Shown one piece after another: positions 1 to 13,234 of a stretch of DNA of 64,000 bases. Every line of letters begins with the position of its first letter. The stretch's first letter is position 1. The DNA lies in NCBI RefSeq assembly GCF_009914755.1, contig NC_060928.1; one strand, 5' to 3'. The stretch is from the human T2T-CHM13v2.0 reference genome, Homo sapiens. The notes below the pieces were generated by a model. That model was given only the letters and a program-made list of their open reading frames with translations, was not told where the DNA came from and searched no databases. A program made the translations under genes and the position numbers.

Positions 1-129
1 CAAGATAGTGGCTCAGAGCTGTGCACATATTTTGAGATGCATTCTGCTGATTGGATTATTTTTAAAGCTTATCTCTTATTTAAAGTATTTCCTTTAATTG
101 CTTCTTTTTGGACTGATGCTAGGTCTCAG

Positions 130-255
130 TGAGGTTTTTCCACATCTAGGATCACAGAATGTTACCCTCCAAAATTGGAAGTAGCCACCCCATCACTTTC
201 CAAATGAGGAAATTGAGGCCCATGGGAGAAAAACCTTGCTCAAGTCACACAGATA
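130..255 (-). mobile_element. MIR SINE fragment
   Basis: The stretch 'cccatcactttccaaatgaggaaattgaggcccatggga...ccttgctcaagtcacaca' is the reverse complement of the MIR core. Confidence 0.6.
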
Positions 256-294
256 TCTTGTTCTTTCTTCCTACTCTTTCTTTCTCTCTCATAC

Positions 295-720
295 CCTTCC
301 TCCATTATTTACTGAATAGCTCCCAGATGCCATGCTTTGTTTTCAGTGCTAATGATGCAAAAAGACACATGACATAGACTACTAAACTCCCAGTCTAGTG
401 CAGTGGCAGTGATGCAAGCCAATTATTAATCTAGGCATAAATGATTGCATAGAGGGTCACACAGAATTCCAAGACAACCCAGAAGAGGGGCAGTGAAATG
501 GGACCTGGGGAACGATGGGAATTGACTTGAGTGGAGTCTTAAAGTGGAAGATGAAGGGAATGAGCTTTTAGAATAAAGATAAGAGAAATGATCTTCTAGG
601 CAAAGGGAAGAGTACAATGTAATAGCATTAAATATACATTTCATTTTTCTGAATTCATATATTTGTGGAGAGAGACAGAGGGGGTGAGAGGGCAAGAGGG
701 TGAGTTAGAAAATTAGAGAT
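295..720 (-). mobile_element. L2 LINE fragment (3' part)
   Basis: Starts 'ccattatttactgaatagctcccagatgcca' and continues as purine-rich antisense L2-like sequence; highly diverged. Confidence 0.55.
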
Positions 721-2484
721 AAACAGAACACAATTCAACATTAAGGGTGATTCTGCCTGCTATTCTAGGCTATGCTTGTATGCTGTGCCCATCTACCCAG
801 CCCAAGGGGATTATAGTTGAGTCTCACACTCATGAGGCCTCACAATCATCAATACTTCTCAGGTGTGTGTGAGTATCTCACCAAGCCAGCGTGACCTAGA
901 GCTGTTTTGATGACACGTGATTATATATGCTAAGTATAGCAATGACATTCCTCCAAGATGTTCTTCCGCTTATAAAGGCATTCCTACTATGTACTTATCC
1001 ATCAAAGTTTTTGTTAAGGAGAACTAGTTTCCTGAATTGACTTTAGGCAATGCAATCCTTTCTGTTGATTCAACGAAGATAAATTTTGTGGCTGCCATGC
1101 ACCATCTTTTCTAATCTTTTTTATTGGAGGTGGTGGTGTCGTTGAAAGAACTGTGGAGTCAATAAACAAAGTTAACTAAGTGCACAACTTTTACTTTCCC
1201 AGCTCTGTGTGGGAGCCTGGAGGCAGTGTGTTTCTGAGATATGGCCTCCCCATAGGTTATGCCCAGGGATTTCCATTATCTTTAAGCAGCACACACTCCA
1301 GAGCATCTTACTAATGATATTTAATTACATTGAAATTAATGATGTTTTTCACCGATCCTGGGCTGATTTTACAGCTTGGAGATAAGCTGGGGTGATTTTG
1401 GCTTCTCTGTCTCTCCATCTCAGCAGTCAAGTGCCCCCTTTTATCTTTGCTGACTCTGCTTTTTTCCAGGTGCCCATTTTCTCCTCCTCCACTTACTCTC
1501 AATACCACTCCTCTTGTTTTCAGCAATAATTAGCTATCCCAAGTCACAGAAAGAATCCATTTCCATAAGACGGCTTCCAATGATGTGGACAATGGATTTT
1601 TTTCTCAACAGAATTTAATTTGCAAATATACTGGCGATAACTTCATTAGGTTTTGGAACACAGAGATTGTCAAATGAGCAATATCTGATAGCTCAAACAA
1701 TACAGTAGTTTCAGCAGACTCTAATCTCATCATGGTATACTTGAGTGCTCTGGGTTTTGCTGATGAAAATCTTTTCAGAAGTGAAATGGAGTATTCAATT
1801 CTCAGGTTCAGGAATTGTTATTATTTCCCAATGAAAATAATGGGGATTGTAGACAGGATTTACCAAACTTGAACTGTATTGATGGCTTTTGTTTTGTTGG
1901 AGCAAAAACAGGTGTTTGGGGGAATTAAACATTTCTGTTGTGAACTGAAATACAACAGCATTATCAATGAAATGTTTAAAAACTGAGTATAGGGCATGAT
2001 GATGAAAGTGAATTGGATTGTAGAAATTCAGAGTTCAAAATCCTATGCTATTTAAAGGATTCAAAGAGTAAACTGGAAATATGCTTTGTTTGGATGTTTT
2101 GTTCTCGGGAAATGGTTAGAAATGCATTTGTTAAATAATGCTTCATTGTATTGACAACTCAACTATTGATTTATTAGGGTGGAAAATAGAAGCATTACAT
2201 CAAATAATTTCCCTATTTATTTCTTTCTCTTCTCATCTCAAGCTCTTTCTTGATCTTGTCTCAGGCTCCCAAGAATAAACAAACCCAAACAACAACCGAA
2301 ATGATACCAAAATAATAGTAACAACAACACATAAACAGCAACAAATACAATAAAATATCTCACTGCATCCATTCAAGCAAGCTTCAACATATTGGACAGT
2401 TTAAAATGTCCTAATTTTCTCTATATTTGATTCTAGGATAAACATATTTCTCTTCATCCTACTCTCTTGGCTTACTTATGTGTC

Positions 2485-2900
2485 TATTCATTCATTGAAC
2501 ATGTATTTATAGGCATCTTGTAGATTCCAGATATTATTGTATTTTAAGCACTGGAGAAATAGGGTAGGCCAACTATAGTCTCTACCTTTATGGATATTAT
2601 GATCCAGTGGAGGCTGATGTTAATCTATAAATCACACAAGTAGAAATATGAAATTATAATCATGAGAAATGCTAAGAAGAAGACATCTATGGTTCCAGGA
2701 GAGATTATAGAAGTGAGATTTGACCTAACTTGAGGACCAGAAAAAGACTTTTCTGAAAAAAACCACCATAGATCTGAGATCTGAAGGAACAATAGGTATT
2801 TGTTTGTTTATGTCCAAGAGAAGATAGGGAAGGTGAGTGTTTCCCAAACAGAAAATACCACATGTGCAACAATCCTTAGTAGGAGGGGGCATGGTGTGAT
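2485..2900 (-). mobile_element. L2 LINE fragment
   Basis: 'attcattcattgaacatgtatttataggcatctt' is the antisense L2 3' end, followed by the L2-typical 'ctgagatctgaaggaac...atgtgcaacaatcctt'. Confidence 0.65.
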
Positions 2901-3269
2901 AGTGCAACTCAGGACTCTTTTGGGTAGTTCTGATCACCAACTTGACTCTATGTAAAGTCTTAGTTTCAATCCAATCACCCAGAGTCAAACACAGCTGGTA
3001 TTAGCCAATACAAAATTAAATAACTCACTGATAAAATTTAGGTCCTCAAAGACTTCGTCTGAAATATTGCGTAAGTAAAGCAAAGGGTCATCTATATTTT
3101 CAACAAAGAATTTATCAGGATAGATCTCCTGCAGATCTGAAACGAATCAAGAAGTTTTAAGATATTCTGGACTTCAGTGTTTCTATCATTGAAGGGACTG
3201 AAAAAGAGGGGATGTCTAGAGTTTATTATATCTCAAATATTTCACGCTAAATGTTTTTTTAATCATTAT

Positions 3270-3500
3270 CGAGAGGTGTTCGAGTCCAACAAGCCTGAAT
3301 TCTCATCCTGGCCCTGTAATTCACTGGCCATGTGACTTTAAGCAAATTACTTAGACTCTCTAAATTTATTCTCCCTTTTGTAAAACAAAGGTATAATACT
3401 TACTTCACAGGATTTCTGTAAAGATAAGTGGACATACATATGAAATACATTTATGTGAATCTCTTGTACATATTAAGAACTAAATAAATGCTAATGCCCT
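3270..3500 (+). mobile_element. MIR SINE
   Basis: 'ggccatgtgactttaagcaaattacttagactctct...tgtaaaacaaaggtataatacttacttcacagg' matches the MIR core. Confidence 0.75.
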
Positions 3501-4836
3501 TCCTTTTTATTTCCATTTTCACTTAAGTTTATATGAGTTTATTTGATCTGTAAGAGCTTATGTGCTTTAACTGGCCTCATGTGAAAACTTCTTGAGTGGA
3601 ATGAGGAACCACAAAATTCTGCACTGTTCAAAGCCAATAATCATTCATAATATAAAATGCTTCAATTTCTTCAACAGTCTGAAAGTGAAATACATCTCCA
3701 TTACTTACAATTATTTCACTTGTAATAATTAGGTATCAATCTTATGACTCATGATATTGCCTTATATTAAATTATAAGGAAGAAAAATACTTAGGAAGGT
3801 AAGGGGAAAATGAGTGTGAGATATTAAAAAGTTCCATATTCATTTTGGAAATAAATTTAGTGTTCTCGTTTTTGAAAGAATCACTGCTTCGGGGGAGAAA
3901 AGAGAAAATCTATTAAAGAGAAAAAAGTTTCTAAAGAAGTTAAGAGGTTCTTTTTATTTTCTTAAACACATTCTTACGGCCAAGCATTGGCTCTTGAAAA
4001 ATACGGTTAGCCAGCTATAAAGTTGTAATAGAAAATAGTAAAAGCAATGAAATGTACAATTAAGGATCACACACCCCAGATATCTTCTAGTTCATTAGTT
4101 ATCCTCCTATCTCGGCCCAGGAGATTTCTCAATCTCTGCACTTTACTCCTAGGCTCAACTACACAGTGAAACTGATGATAAGGTTCACTCTTTTTTATAG
4201 TGTTTCCTTGCACAAAGCAATGATCTCTTAAAGATGAAGTTTAATGCTCCCTCAGGAAATGCTGTCTATTTTAGACTTTTTTTCTGCTTGATAGCCTTCT
4301 CTTTTTCTCAGTGAACGTTGTAAACTAGATCCGTAGTCGAGGGATTTTACTGGATTCACCAGCAGAGGGAGTTCAAACCAAGTTGTGTAAAATTTGGGGG
4401 AAGGGATTGTTCTAGAATTTTTTAGAGTGCTGCACAATGTGGGCTGAATTCAGGGAACTGCAGGAATTGGTAATCAAATCAGATGGAACATTCAATTCTT
4501 TCAGCAAACACTGAACACTGGAGAGGCAAAAAAAAAAAAAAAGAATAAGAGACAATGTGTACTCCTCTCAAAGGGTATAGTTTGGTAGAAGTGGGTCTAT
4601 GTAAATACATTAACTATAGTGCTCTGCTCTTGGTATAATATAGGGATGCAGACAAAATGTGAGAACCACGAATATATCCAGATTGGTGGGAGAAGGTCAT
4701 GTGTTTGCTGTAGGTCCTAGAGTGACGAGAAGTCACCCTTCTCTCTGCAGGGTTCTTACTAAGTCAGAAAAGTGGGGTCATGAATTCCATAAGCCAAGAA
4801 ATAGATATTTAGCAGACACCTCAGAGATCTCAGGGA

Positions 4837-4837
<1 letters not shown>

Positions 4838-4899
<62 letters not shown>

Positions 4900-4970
4900 T
4901 CCTTCCTTCCTTCCTTCCTTCCTTCCTTCCTTCCTTCCTTCCTTCCTTCCTTCCTTCTTTCTTTCTTTCT
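4838..4970. repeat. Compound microsatellite (TTTC)~15(TTCC)14(TTTC)n derived from an L1 poly(A) tail
   Basis: Read directly; lies between the left TSD copy and the L1 3' end. Confidence 0.95.
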
Positions 4971-6088
4971 TTTATTATTATTATACTTTAAGTTCTGGGA
5001 TACATGTGCAGAACATGCAGGTTTGTTACACAGGTATACACGTGCCATGGTGATTTGCTGCACCCATCAACGTGTCATCTACATTAGGTATTTCTCCTGA
5101 TACTATCCCTCCTCCAATCCCCCACGCTCTGACAGGCCCCAGTGTGTAATGTTCCCCTCCCTGTGTCTATGTGTTCTTATTGTTCAGCTCCCACTTACAA
5201 GTGAGAACATACGGTGTTTCGTTTTCTGTTCTTGTGTTAGTTTGCTGAGAATGATGATTTCCAGCTTTATCCATGTCCCTGCAAAGGATGTGAGATCATC
5301 CTTTTTTATGGCTGCATAGTATTCCATGGTAAATATGTGCCACATTTTCTTTATCCAGTCTGCCATTCATGGGCATTTGGGTTGGTTCCAAGTCTTTGCT
5401 ATTGTGAACAGTGCCGCAATAAACATACATGTGCATGTGTCTTTATAGTAGAATGATTTATAATCCTTTGGGTATATACCCAGTAATGGGATTGCTGGGT
5501 CAAATGGTATTTCTAGTTCTAGATCCTTGAGGAATCACCACACTGTCTTCTACAATGGGTGAACTAATTTACACTCCCACCAACAGTGTAAAAGCATTCC
5601 TATTTCTCCACATCCTCTCCAGTATCTGTTGTTTCCTGACTTTTTAATGATCACCATTCTAACTGGTGTGAGATGGTATCTCATTGAGGTTTTGATTTGC
5701 ATTTCTCTAATGACCAGTGATGACTAGCTTTTTTTCATGTTTGTTGGCTGCATAAATGTCTTCTTTTGAGAAGTGTCTGCTCATATCCTTCATCCATTTT
5801 TTGATGGGATTGTTTGTTTTTTTCTTGTAAATTTGTTTAAGTTCTTTGTAGATTCTGGATATTAGCCCTTCGTCAAATGGATAGATTGCAAGGATTTTCT
5901 CCCATTCTGGAGGTTACCTGTTCACTCTGATGATAGTTTCTTCTGCTGTGCAGAAGCTCTTTAGTTTAATTAGATCCCATTTGTCAATTTTTGCTTTTGT
6001 TGCCATTGCTTTTGATGTTTTAGTCATGAAGTCTTTGTCCATGCCTATGTCCTGAATGGTATTACCTAGATTTTCTTCTAGCGTTTTT
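4970..6088 (-). mobile_element. 5'-truncated L1PA (L1PA7-like): ORF2 C-terminus plus 3'UTR
   Basis: Antisense 3' end 'tatactttaagttctgggatacatgtgcagaac'. ORF2 peptides in the ORF track ([32 protein letters not shown]; WIKKMWHI.TMEYYAAIKK). TSD gatctcagggactt (4826-4839) / gatctcaaggactt (6089-6102). Confidence 0.93.
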
Positions 6089-7289
6089 GATCTCAAGGAC
6101 TTCTAACCCCTTTTCTGCCACTGAATGGTTCTGTGACCTTAACCACTCCCTTAATTACTAAAGTCTTATTTTTTTTCCACTAGAAGTGAAGGGGAATTGG
6201 TGCTTGAGGACTCGAGATTCCCTTTCATGAGGGATGCATAGAAGCATGACAAGGAGAGTTGTGCATAGAGGGACAGGAAACCCTGGCCTGTGTTAACTTA
6301 ATTGGTGGAGTCATCTCCTTCATGTCTTTTGGTTACCTCCCCAAGTCCCTGTTCAGCATTGTGATCCTCTGAAACTAGCTTCTTTTCAAATCACTCTTCC
6401 TTACTGATCACTTCAGGTGTTAAGATTGTTCTTCTTAAACATAAATTAGAAATATCACATTCAAAAACTACTATCACATTCCCAATATTTGCAGTTGGGA
6501 CAGATTCATTCTGGTTTAAGGGACTTTCCTTTGTGTTTTCACAGGTGCCGATGCTTACCTCTAGTATTAAAACAAACAAACGACTGTGTTTGAGATGTTA
6601 GTTGTCTAGCCAGCTTTTTGAAAAGAGGAGGAAATCTTAGTAATAATCTCTCCAGCACTCATCAGACAACTAGGCACATGGTAAATGCTTAGTGTATGTT
6701 GGATGAATAAATGAATCAATGGGTGAATGGGTGAATAAATTCACATTTTGCTAAATGTCTGATGGTTATAGAGAGTCTTCAGTTTCACCCAGGTAATGAT
6801 AATATTAAACATGCCAGAAAGGTTAAGGTCCAGGCATACCTGTGATTTTTTATTTCACATGCAAATAGCCTTCATTTAGTAGAATTCTGTAGAAAAGTTT
6901 AGTATTATAAAGCCCTTCTCCTGAGATTGATTCATCCCCCAAATCTGTATGTGTGTCAAAATGCCAGAAATGAAATTAGAAATAAAAGGCAGTGAAAATT
7001 AGTCAAGGTGGGCAAGGAGAGGGGATCAGAACAAGACTTTCGGAATGATTAGAGTATTTTACATCTAATAACCTTGTAAGTTCCTTGTAAGACTGTGTTA
7101 ATTGATTCTTAGGTGAAGAGGCAAATCTTACCACTTTAAGCAAGATCCTTTCTTTTTGCCTATCTTGAGTAATTTTCAATGCCTTTCCTCACTTCTAATC
7201 ATTTCTAACTTGCACCATATTCTGACTAGGGACACTTGCCACAAAATTCACTCTCACTGCATTTATTTTTTATACAAATAACTTTAGCA

Positions 7290-7520
7290 CTAACAATAAA
7301 AATAACTGATATGTTTAATTGCATGGCTAAGTGCTTTCACTTATGTTGTCACATTGAAGTTCTGCATACTTTCAAAAAAGATATTATTGTCCCTATTTTT
7401 TAAACATTGGAAAAATAGAGAGTGGTTAACTTGCCCAAGGTTTTGCAGTTTGTGTCAGAGTTAGAATTTATGTCAAGATCTGACTAATTTCAGCATCTGT
7501 AGTCTTTCACCTGTTTCATA
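7290..7520 (-). mobile_element. MIR SINE
   Basis: 'ctaagtgctttcac...attattgtccctatttt...ggttaacttgcccaagg' is the antisense MIR core. Confidence 0.7.
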
Positions 7521-8786
7521 TTGTCTCTCATGGTATTAAACTCTTGATAGATGGAATAGATTCAGTCTAATAATCAGAAAATCTAATGAAATAAAAAGAC
7601 AATTACAAATGGTCAGTTCACAGAAAAATCAATTCATTGCCTGTATTTGTGGCTTTTGAATATCTTGTGAGGTACTATATCTCCAGATACTCATTTGTCC
7701 CATAAAATTAGAAATTCAAGGAACTTTTGAATTCATTTATTCAGACAACATTTATTAAGCACCCCCTGTGAGCCAGCTTTTGGGAACGTTGGGCATAACA
7801 TAACTGAACAAAATCCATGTTTTCAGCACCTTGCAATATATTGACGAACAACGCAGACAAAAATCCACGTCTGCATGGAACTCTCCTTCCTACTTTTGTC
7901 TCAACTATAATTCAGGTGGAATGAAATGATCCCAAATTATGTGGATAATGGACTCTGCACTCTATTTCATTGCTTCTGTGGACTTGACCAGCCAAAACAC
8001 CCATTGGGACCCCATATAAACATTCTTTGAAAAAAAAAGTAAATTTGGAGATTTGAATATGAAGCAGAATATTTAGTTATTTTTTGGTCCCTGCTGTGTT
8101 TCTCTGTGGTCTATATGAAAGAAATAGAATTTCTACTTTGGTGAAATGGTAATAAGCCTATCTATTCCAGAATTATGTAGGAATTAGGAGGTAGTTGACA
8201 ATAATTGTGTCTCAAAATTTGTGAATTATTTAGCGGACTGAAGATGTGTATTTGCTTCATTAACTCACTCAAACTGCACAGGTGTGAACAATATCCCCAA
8301 AGGTCATTGATGTGTGCAAGCTGAGTCCCCATGGACATGGTAGATAGTAACTCACCAAGATACTCCACAGCTTTTTTCATTAGAGAAACAGCTTTTTTCA
8401 AAGAGAAAATTGGCCACCTAAGCGTTCCATATTCATTAGCTAATTGTTTCTTCTTTTTTACATGCCTCTTCGTGCTGGTAGATGAGGTATTCCAAGGAGA
8501 GTGCAATTTAAAAAAAATCTTTGAACCTAAGAATGGCCCCCATTATCATGTATCACCCCTTGGTAGAAAGGGTACTTGAATAGCCCCAGTTATTGGAACT
8601 AACGGCATATTTTAGGCATATAGTCCATTAGCTGCAGACTTTGGGATTCCTGGGATTTAAGATTTGACATTTTGGGTGAGGCCGTGAACATCCCTGACAT
8701 GTAGTAATAGCTTATTTTTTTTTCAGGTCTAAATTTAAATCAACTGTAACTGAAGGCAAATGTGTAGGGTAGTGGAGGCATTTAGG

Positions 8787-8941
8787 GCAGTGTTTCCCAT
8801 TTTCTGAGCACACAGCTCACTGAAGGACCTTACTGAAATTAACATGCTGACTCATTAGGTGTGGGCAGGGGCTAGGATTGTGCATTTTTCTCTGGAGGTG
8901 CTGATGATGTTGGTCCTTAGAACACACTTTAGATGGCAAGG
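8787..8941. mobile_element. MER5-type hAT DNA transposon (MITE)
   Basis: Begins 'cagtgtttccc', contains 'aggtgtgggcaggggctaggattgtgcatttt' and 'ggtgctgatgatgttggtcc', and ends 'cacactttagatggcaagg'. Confidence 0.7.
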
Positions 8942-9889
8942 ATGAATTTGTGAGTTGAACCTGATGGACTATCCATTAATCACAGCTCAAGGCAGCTTTG
9001 TTGTTTTCTTTTTATTGTTGCATGCCCAGTAATTTTAATTAAGGTTTTAAAGAAGAAACTTAAAATTTATAGTTGTAATTGAATGCATCTTATGAAGAAA
9101 ATATATGCTACAGTGATGTTCACAATTTGGGATTAAGAAACTCTCACTTGAAATATAACCCTCATAGATGTCAGGGGCTCATTGTGTACATTTGGGGAAC
9201 TCCTTCATATGCATTATCTTATTTGGACCTTAACACCTCTGTGAGGCAAGTCAGCCCAATATTACCAACACACTTTTATACATAACTAAAGTGAGAACAT
9301 AGCAGTGATTACCCCCCACCTCCAAACACACACACCCCAAACTGAAATCCTACACAGCACTGTAACAAAGCAAGGGTCTGAACCCCAGAAGCCCAGTTCT
9401 CAGTTTGGTAGCAGATCCATCTAACAAAATGGTTTTCACTGTGTCCTTTTCTGAAACCACAGAGATTCATTGTCTGGCTTCACCAAATCTATGTTCAACC
9501 TAAAATAATGATATATGCTTCTTTCCAGTTTCATTACCATTATCACCTGCAGCAAGCAATGGTAACGCTTCTGAGAGCACTTATGTTTATGGAACATTTT
9601 GCATGTGTGCACATATAGAGATCAAGGCTTGCCCCTCAAATACCATTCAAATGACTTTAATCACAGCAGAAGTGAGGATGTTTGAAATATCGGATTACAA
9701 ATATTAAATTAAAAGAGTTAATACAATTTTTTAGATGCTTAATACCCAATAAATGCTAAAATAATGTTACTATCAAACAATGGTCTTAATAAATGCTATA
9801 GAACATTGAAGCACCTAGTGGTCAAGAAAAGCTCGACAAATTAGGCAGGATTTGTAATGGCCCTTGGGAAGAAGTAAACTCAAACTGGA

Positions 9890-10140
9890 TAATAGACAGG
9901 CTCTGGAATCTGGCTGCTCGGGTTTGAATTACAGCCTAATCACTTCTGTGCTATGTGAATGGGGGTTAAGTAATTAATTGACTCAGTTAACTCAGAGCCT
10001 GACTCTGATAAGTAACTCTGAGCCTTAGTTTTCTCATCAGTAAACTGGAGAGAAAATAATTGGTTCTACTTCAAAGGTTGTTGAGAGAATTAAATAAGAC
10101 ATGCAAAAACAGTATATTGTCTCGTATATGGTAAATGCTC
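9890..10140 (+). mobile_element. MIR SINE
   Basis: 'ggctctggaatctggctgctcgggtttgaat...ctctgagccttagttttctcatcagtaaactgg...ggtaaatgctc'. Confidence 0.75.
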
Positions 10141-10157
10141 TGGAACCAGAATTAATT

Positions 10158-10391
10158 TTATCAAGCATTTTCTACGTTCTTAGCACTACTTACATGTGTC
10201 AACTCATTTTATCTTCACATCAACCTTAGGAGTAGTACATTATTATTCCCATCTTAAAGATGAAGATCCTGAGGTCCAGAGAGATTAAACAATTTGCTTT
10301 AGTTCACACAATCTGGAATTGTGATATCTGTGATTAAACCCTAGGCATTTGGCTCCAAATCTATGTTCTTTACTAAACTATACCAACTGTA
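10158..10391 (-). mobile_element. MIR SINE, tail-to-tail with the preceding MIR
   Basis: 'tattattcccatcttaaagatgaagatcctgaggtccagagagattaaacaatttgc' is the antisense MIR core. Confidence 0.75.
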
Positions 10392-10529
10392 CAAACATCA
10401 GCCCTACTGCTATTACTACTACTACTACAATTTGCTTTAGTTCACACAATCTGGAATTGTGATATCTGTGATAAAACCCCAGGCATTTGGCTCCAAATCT
10501 GTGTTCTTTACTGAACTATACCAACTGTA
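10289..10529. repeat. Near-tandem duplication of 103 bp (10289-10391 / 10427-10529)
   Basis: Direct comparison shows 4 mismatches in 103 bp with an offset of 138 bp. Confidence 0.95.
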
Positions 10530-12529
10530 TTGTTGTTGTTATTGTTATTATTATTACATGTCATTAACACTTTCAGAAAGCTGACAAACATAAGACGAAC
10601 AGGAGTACATTCTAGTGTGAGTAAAGATAGAAAGGTAGAGATCTATCTGACCTAATAGATACTCCCTTGGCCAGTTTGATTGAAGCGGGAGGCTTATGTA
10701 GGAAAGAGTAGGAAGCCAGATTGGAAAGCAGGGTTGGAGACACATTGCAGAAGATTTTCAATACAACACTAGTCAGATAGGGCTTTGTTATCTGGAAAAT
10801 GGGAGGATTTTGAATCATTTTAGTAAGAGAATGATTAACTTACATTACTGTTTAAAATAAAGTGGGCAAGGAGAGCAGGTAGATGTATATATAGATGATG
10901 GTTCGTTCATTCATTGATTCATTCATTCATTTCCCATTCCTGTGTCCCACCCACTGTAATGCATGTTCAGAGCACAAATAAAAAGATATACTTCTGTCTT
11001 TAGGACAACGAATACAGTTACATATCCACAAACCTATGCTCTGTACAGTAAGAAACACACACCAACATAAAATGTGGCTTTAAAGTAATGAAGCTAATTG
11101 CACAAGACTCTTGTGTAATCTATCTTATCACTTTATAGCCTTAGCTCGTGTATAAAAATTATATCAAAATGTAAAAGCTGAGGAATTAATCACATTCCTT
11201 AGAAGTTATTCTTCTACGTGACTCACTCAGTGGGTACGTGATGGAAGGAACTTTTATGGTGGGGGAATTCCTATCAGTCACAGCTTTTATAACTGCCTAT
11301 TGATGATATACACTGCTCCATAATGGCAGTGCTAAAACTGGCTTTTACTTCCTTAAACCATCATTGTATTGAACCATGTAACCAGAAAATCACAATGTGG
11401 TGATCTCTCTCTACACTAATCCTCCCCTGAGCGCTTAATGACTTGTCTGTTCATCCTGGAGATAATAAACCTAACATTGAAGCAATAGCTGTCTTGGTGA
11501 CTTTGCATAAATCATTATTTGTAAAAGTGAAGGAAAACCTATAGATAGGAGCCAAAGACTGGGATTGCTCAACTTTCAGGAATTAGCTCTGATAATTGCT
11601 GTGGCTGCATTAGGAATGCACTGAACAAATACATGCAAACCAAAAAGTAAATATTATTTCTCAAAATGATCAATATAATAACTTCCAAGACAGGAAGGGC
11701 AATTATGAAATATCTTAGCAAGATTTGTCTAAGCAAAATAACATTATAATGAAATGCTTGCTAGGGCAGAAAATGGGAAACAAGCAAAGAACTAAAGAAA
11801 TATGGACAGTTTACTCTTCCACAGCTAGAAATCAAGGTGATGTGTTGTAAGAAAGTATATATGGAAAACAGTTGTTAATATAGTACAATTTACAATTTTA
11901 AATCGAGTTGTTTCCAATAATTTTAAAAGATGGCTGCAATTAAAATAGTTTTCTGAAGGCTGAAAACCTATTGGTTTCCCAAATGATTTTTATACTATTC
12001 TGTTTTCTTCAGCTTTTCTCTTCCTACCTTGAACCACTGTTGAAATCATTCTATTTCTCAGCATCCTCCTAAGCTAAGAGAACACAAACATTTTATTGAA
12101 GCAAATACAGATAGAATTTCTCCCTCAACATAGATTCACAAGAAAACAAGGCAAAGACAAACTGAAGAGAGAAGTAGGATATAGCACTATATTCAGTCCA
12201 GTTGCCTGATTTCCATTAGCCTTATCCTAATTTCTTTTAGGCTCTTGTCCCAGGGGCCAATTTTGTTGTTCAGAAGGCATACAGGCATATAGATGGGTGG
12301 CTCAGCCAGCAGAATGTACTCTTAGATTAATCAAAAGGAGCTAGGTTAGTAGCTACTAATCCTGGAAAGGAAAGCATGAATACACTGCTGAGTTTGCAGC
12401 TGATGGAATACCATACTAATGGGTTAGCAACTGGCTCAGAGTCTGAACAGGGAGTTCTGCTTTTATTTTTCATTCCCTAATGTCTTCTCTTCACAATCTC
12501 TTGCTTTCTCCTGTACTCTGATTCCTTTC

Positions 12530-13150
12530 TCTCTTTTTTCCTTTCTTCTACAATCTTTCCATTTATTCCTCCTACCTTGATTGTTGCAATGGCCTTCTAA
12601 ATTGTTTTTCTGATCCCACACTTGCCCCTACAGTCTGTTCTTAGTATTGTAACTAGGGAGACCTTTTTATAACATAGGTCAAGTTGCACCCCTTCTCTGC
12701 TCAACACCCTGCCCTAGCTTCTCATTTCAAAGCTAAATCCTATGCCAAGGTCTTTAACATCCTACATGGTCCAGCCCTCTGTTCAGTTGCTGAGCTCGTC
12801 TTTTTTACTCTCTCCCAGGCAAGACAAGCCCACTCCCCAGTATCTGCATGACCCACCCTCACCTCCTTCAAGTCTGCTTAAATCTCAGCCTCTCAATGAC
12901 CACTTACCACCCTATTTAAACTAAAATCAATCTTCCCTTCTTTTTCTTGACCGTGGTATTCTTGATTTCTTTTAGCCTATTACTCATAACATATTACACA
13001 GTTTACTTATTTATGTTTATTGTTTGTTGTCTGTCTTTTCCTACTAAGCTCCATTAGAATGGGGTTTTTGCTTGTTCAATGTTTTATTCTATGAGCCTAA
13101 AACAGTGCATGAGAAAAACTGGCATCCAATAAATGCATTTGTTGAATAAA
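12530..13150 (+). mobile_element. L2a LINE 3' fragment
   Basis: Contains 'ccacacttgcccctacagtctgttc' and ends 'cctaaaacagtgc...caataaatgcatttgttgaataa' (L2 3' terminus). Confidence 0.75.
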
Positions 13151-13234
13151 CAAAAGTAATCTATCTTCTGAGAGGAAGACAGACAATACAACTGGTAAGT
13201 GTAATGATGGAGGTCTATAGCATGATATTTTATC

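Noticed and set aside
4659-5063. Overlapping ORFs with FFLS/FLPS and RKEG repeats (likewise 42989-43246 and 35873-36277)
   Set aside because: These are translations of microsatellites or low-complexity purine tracts.
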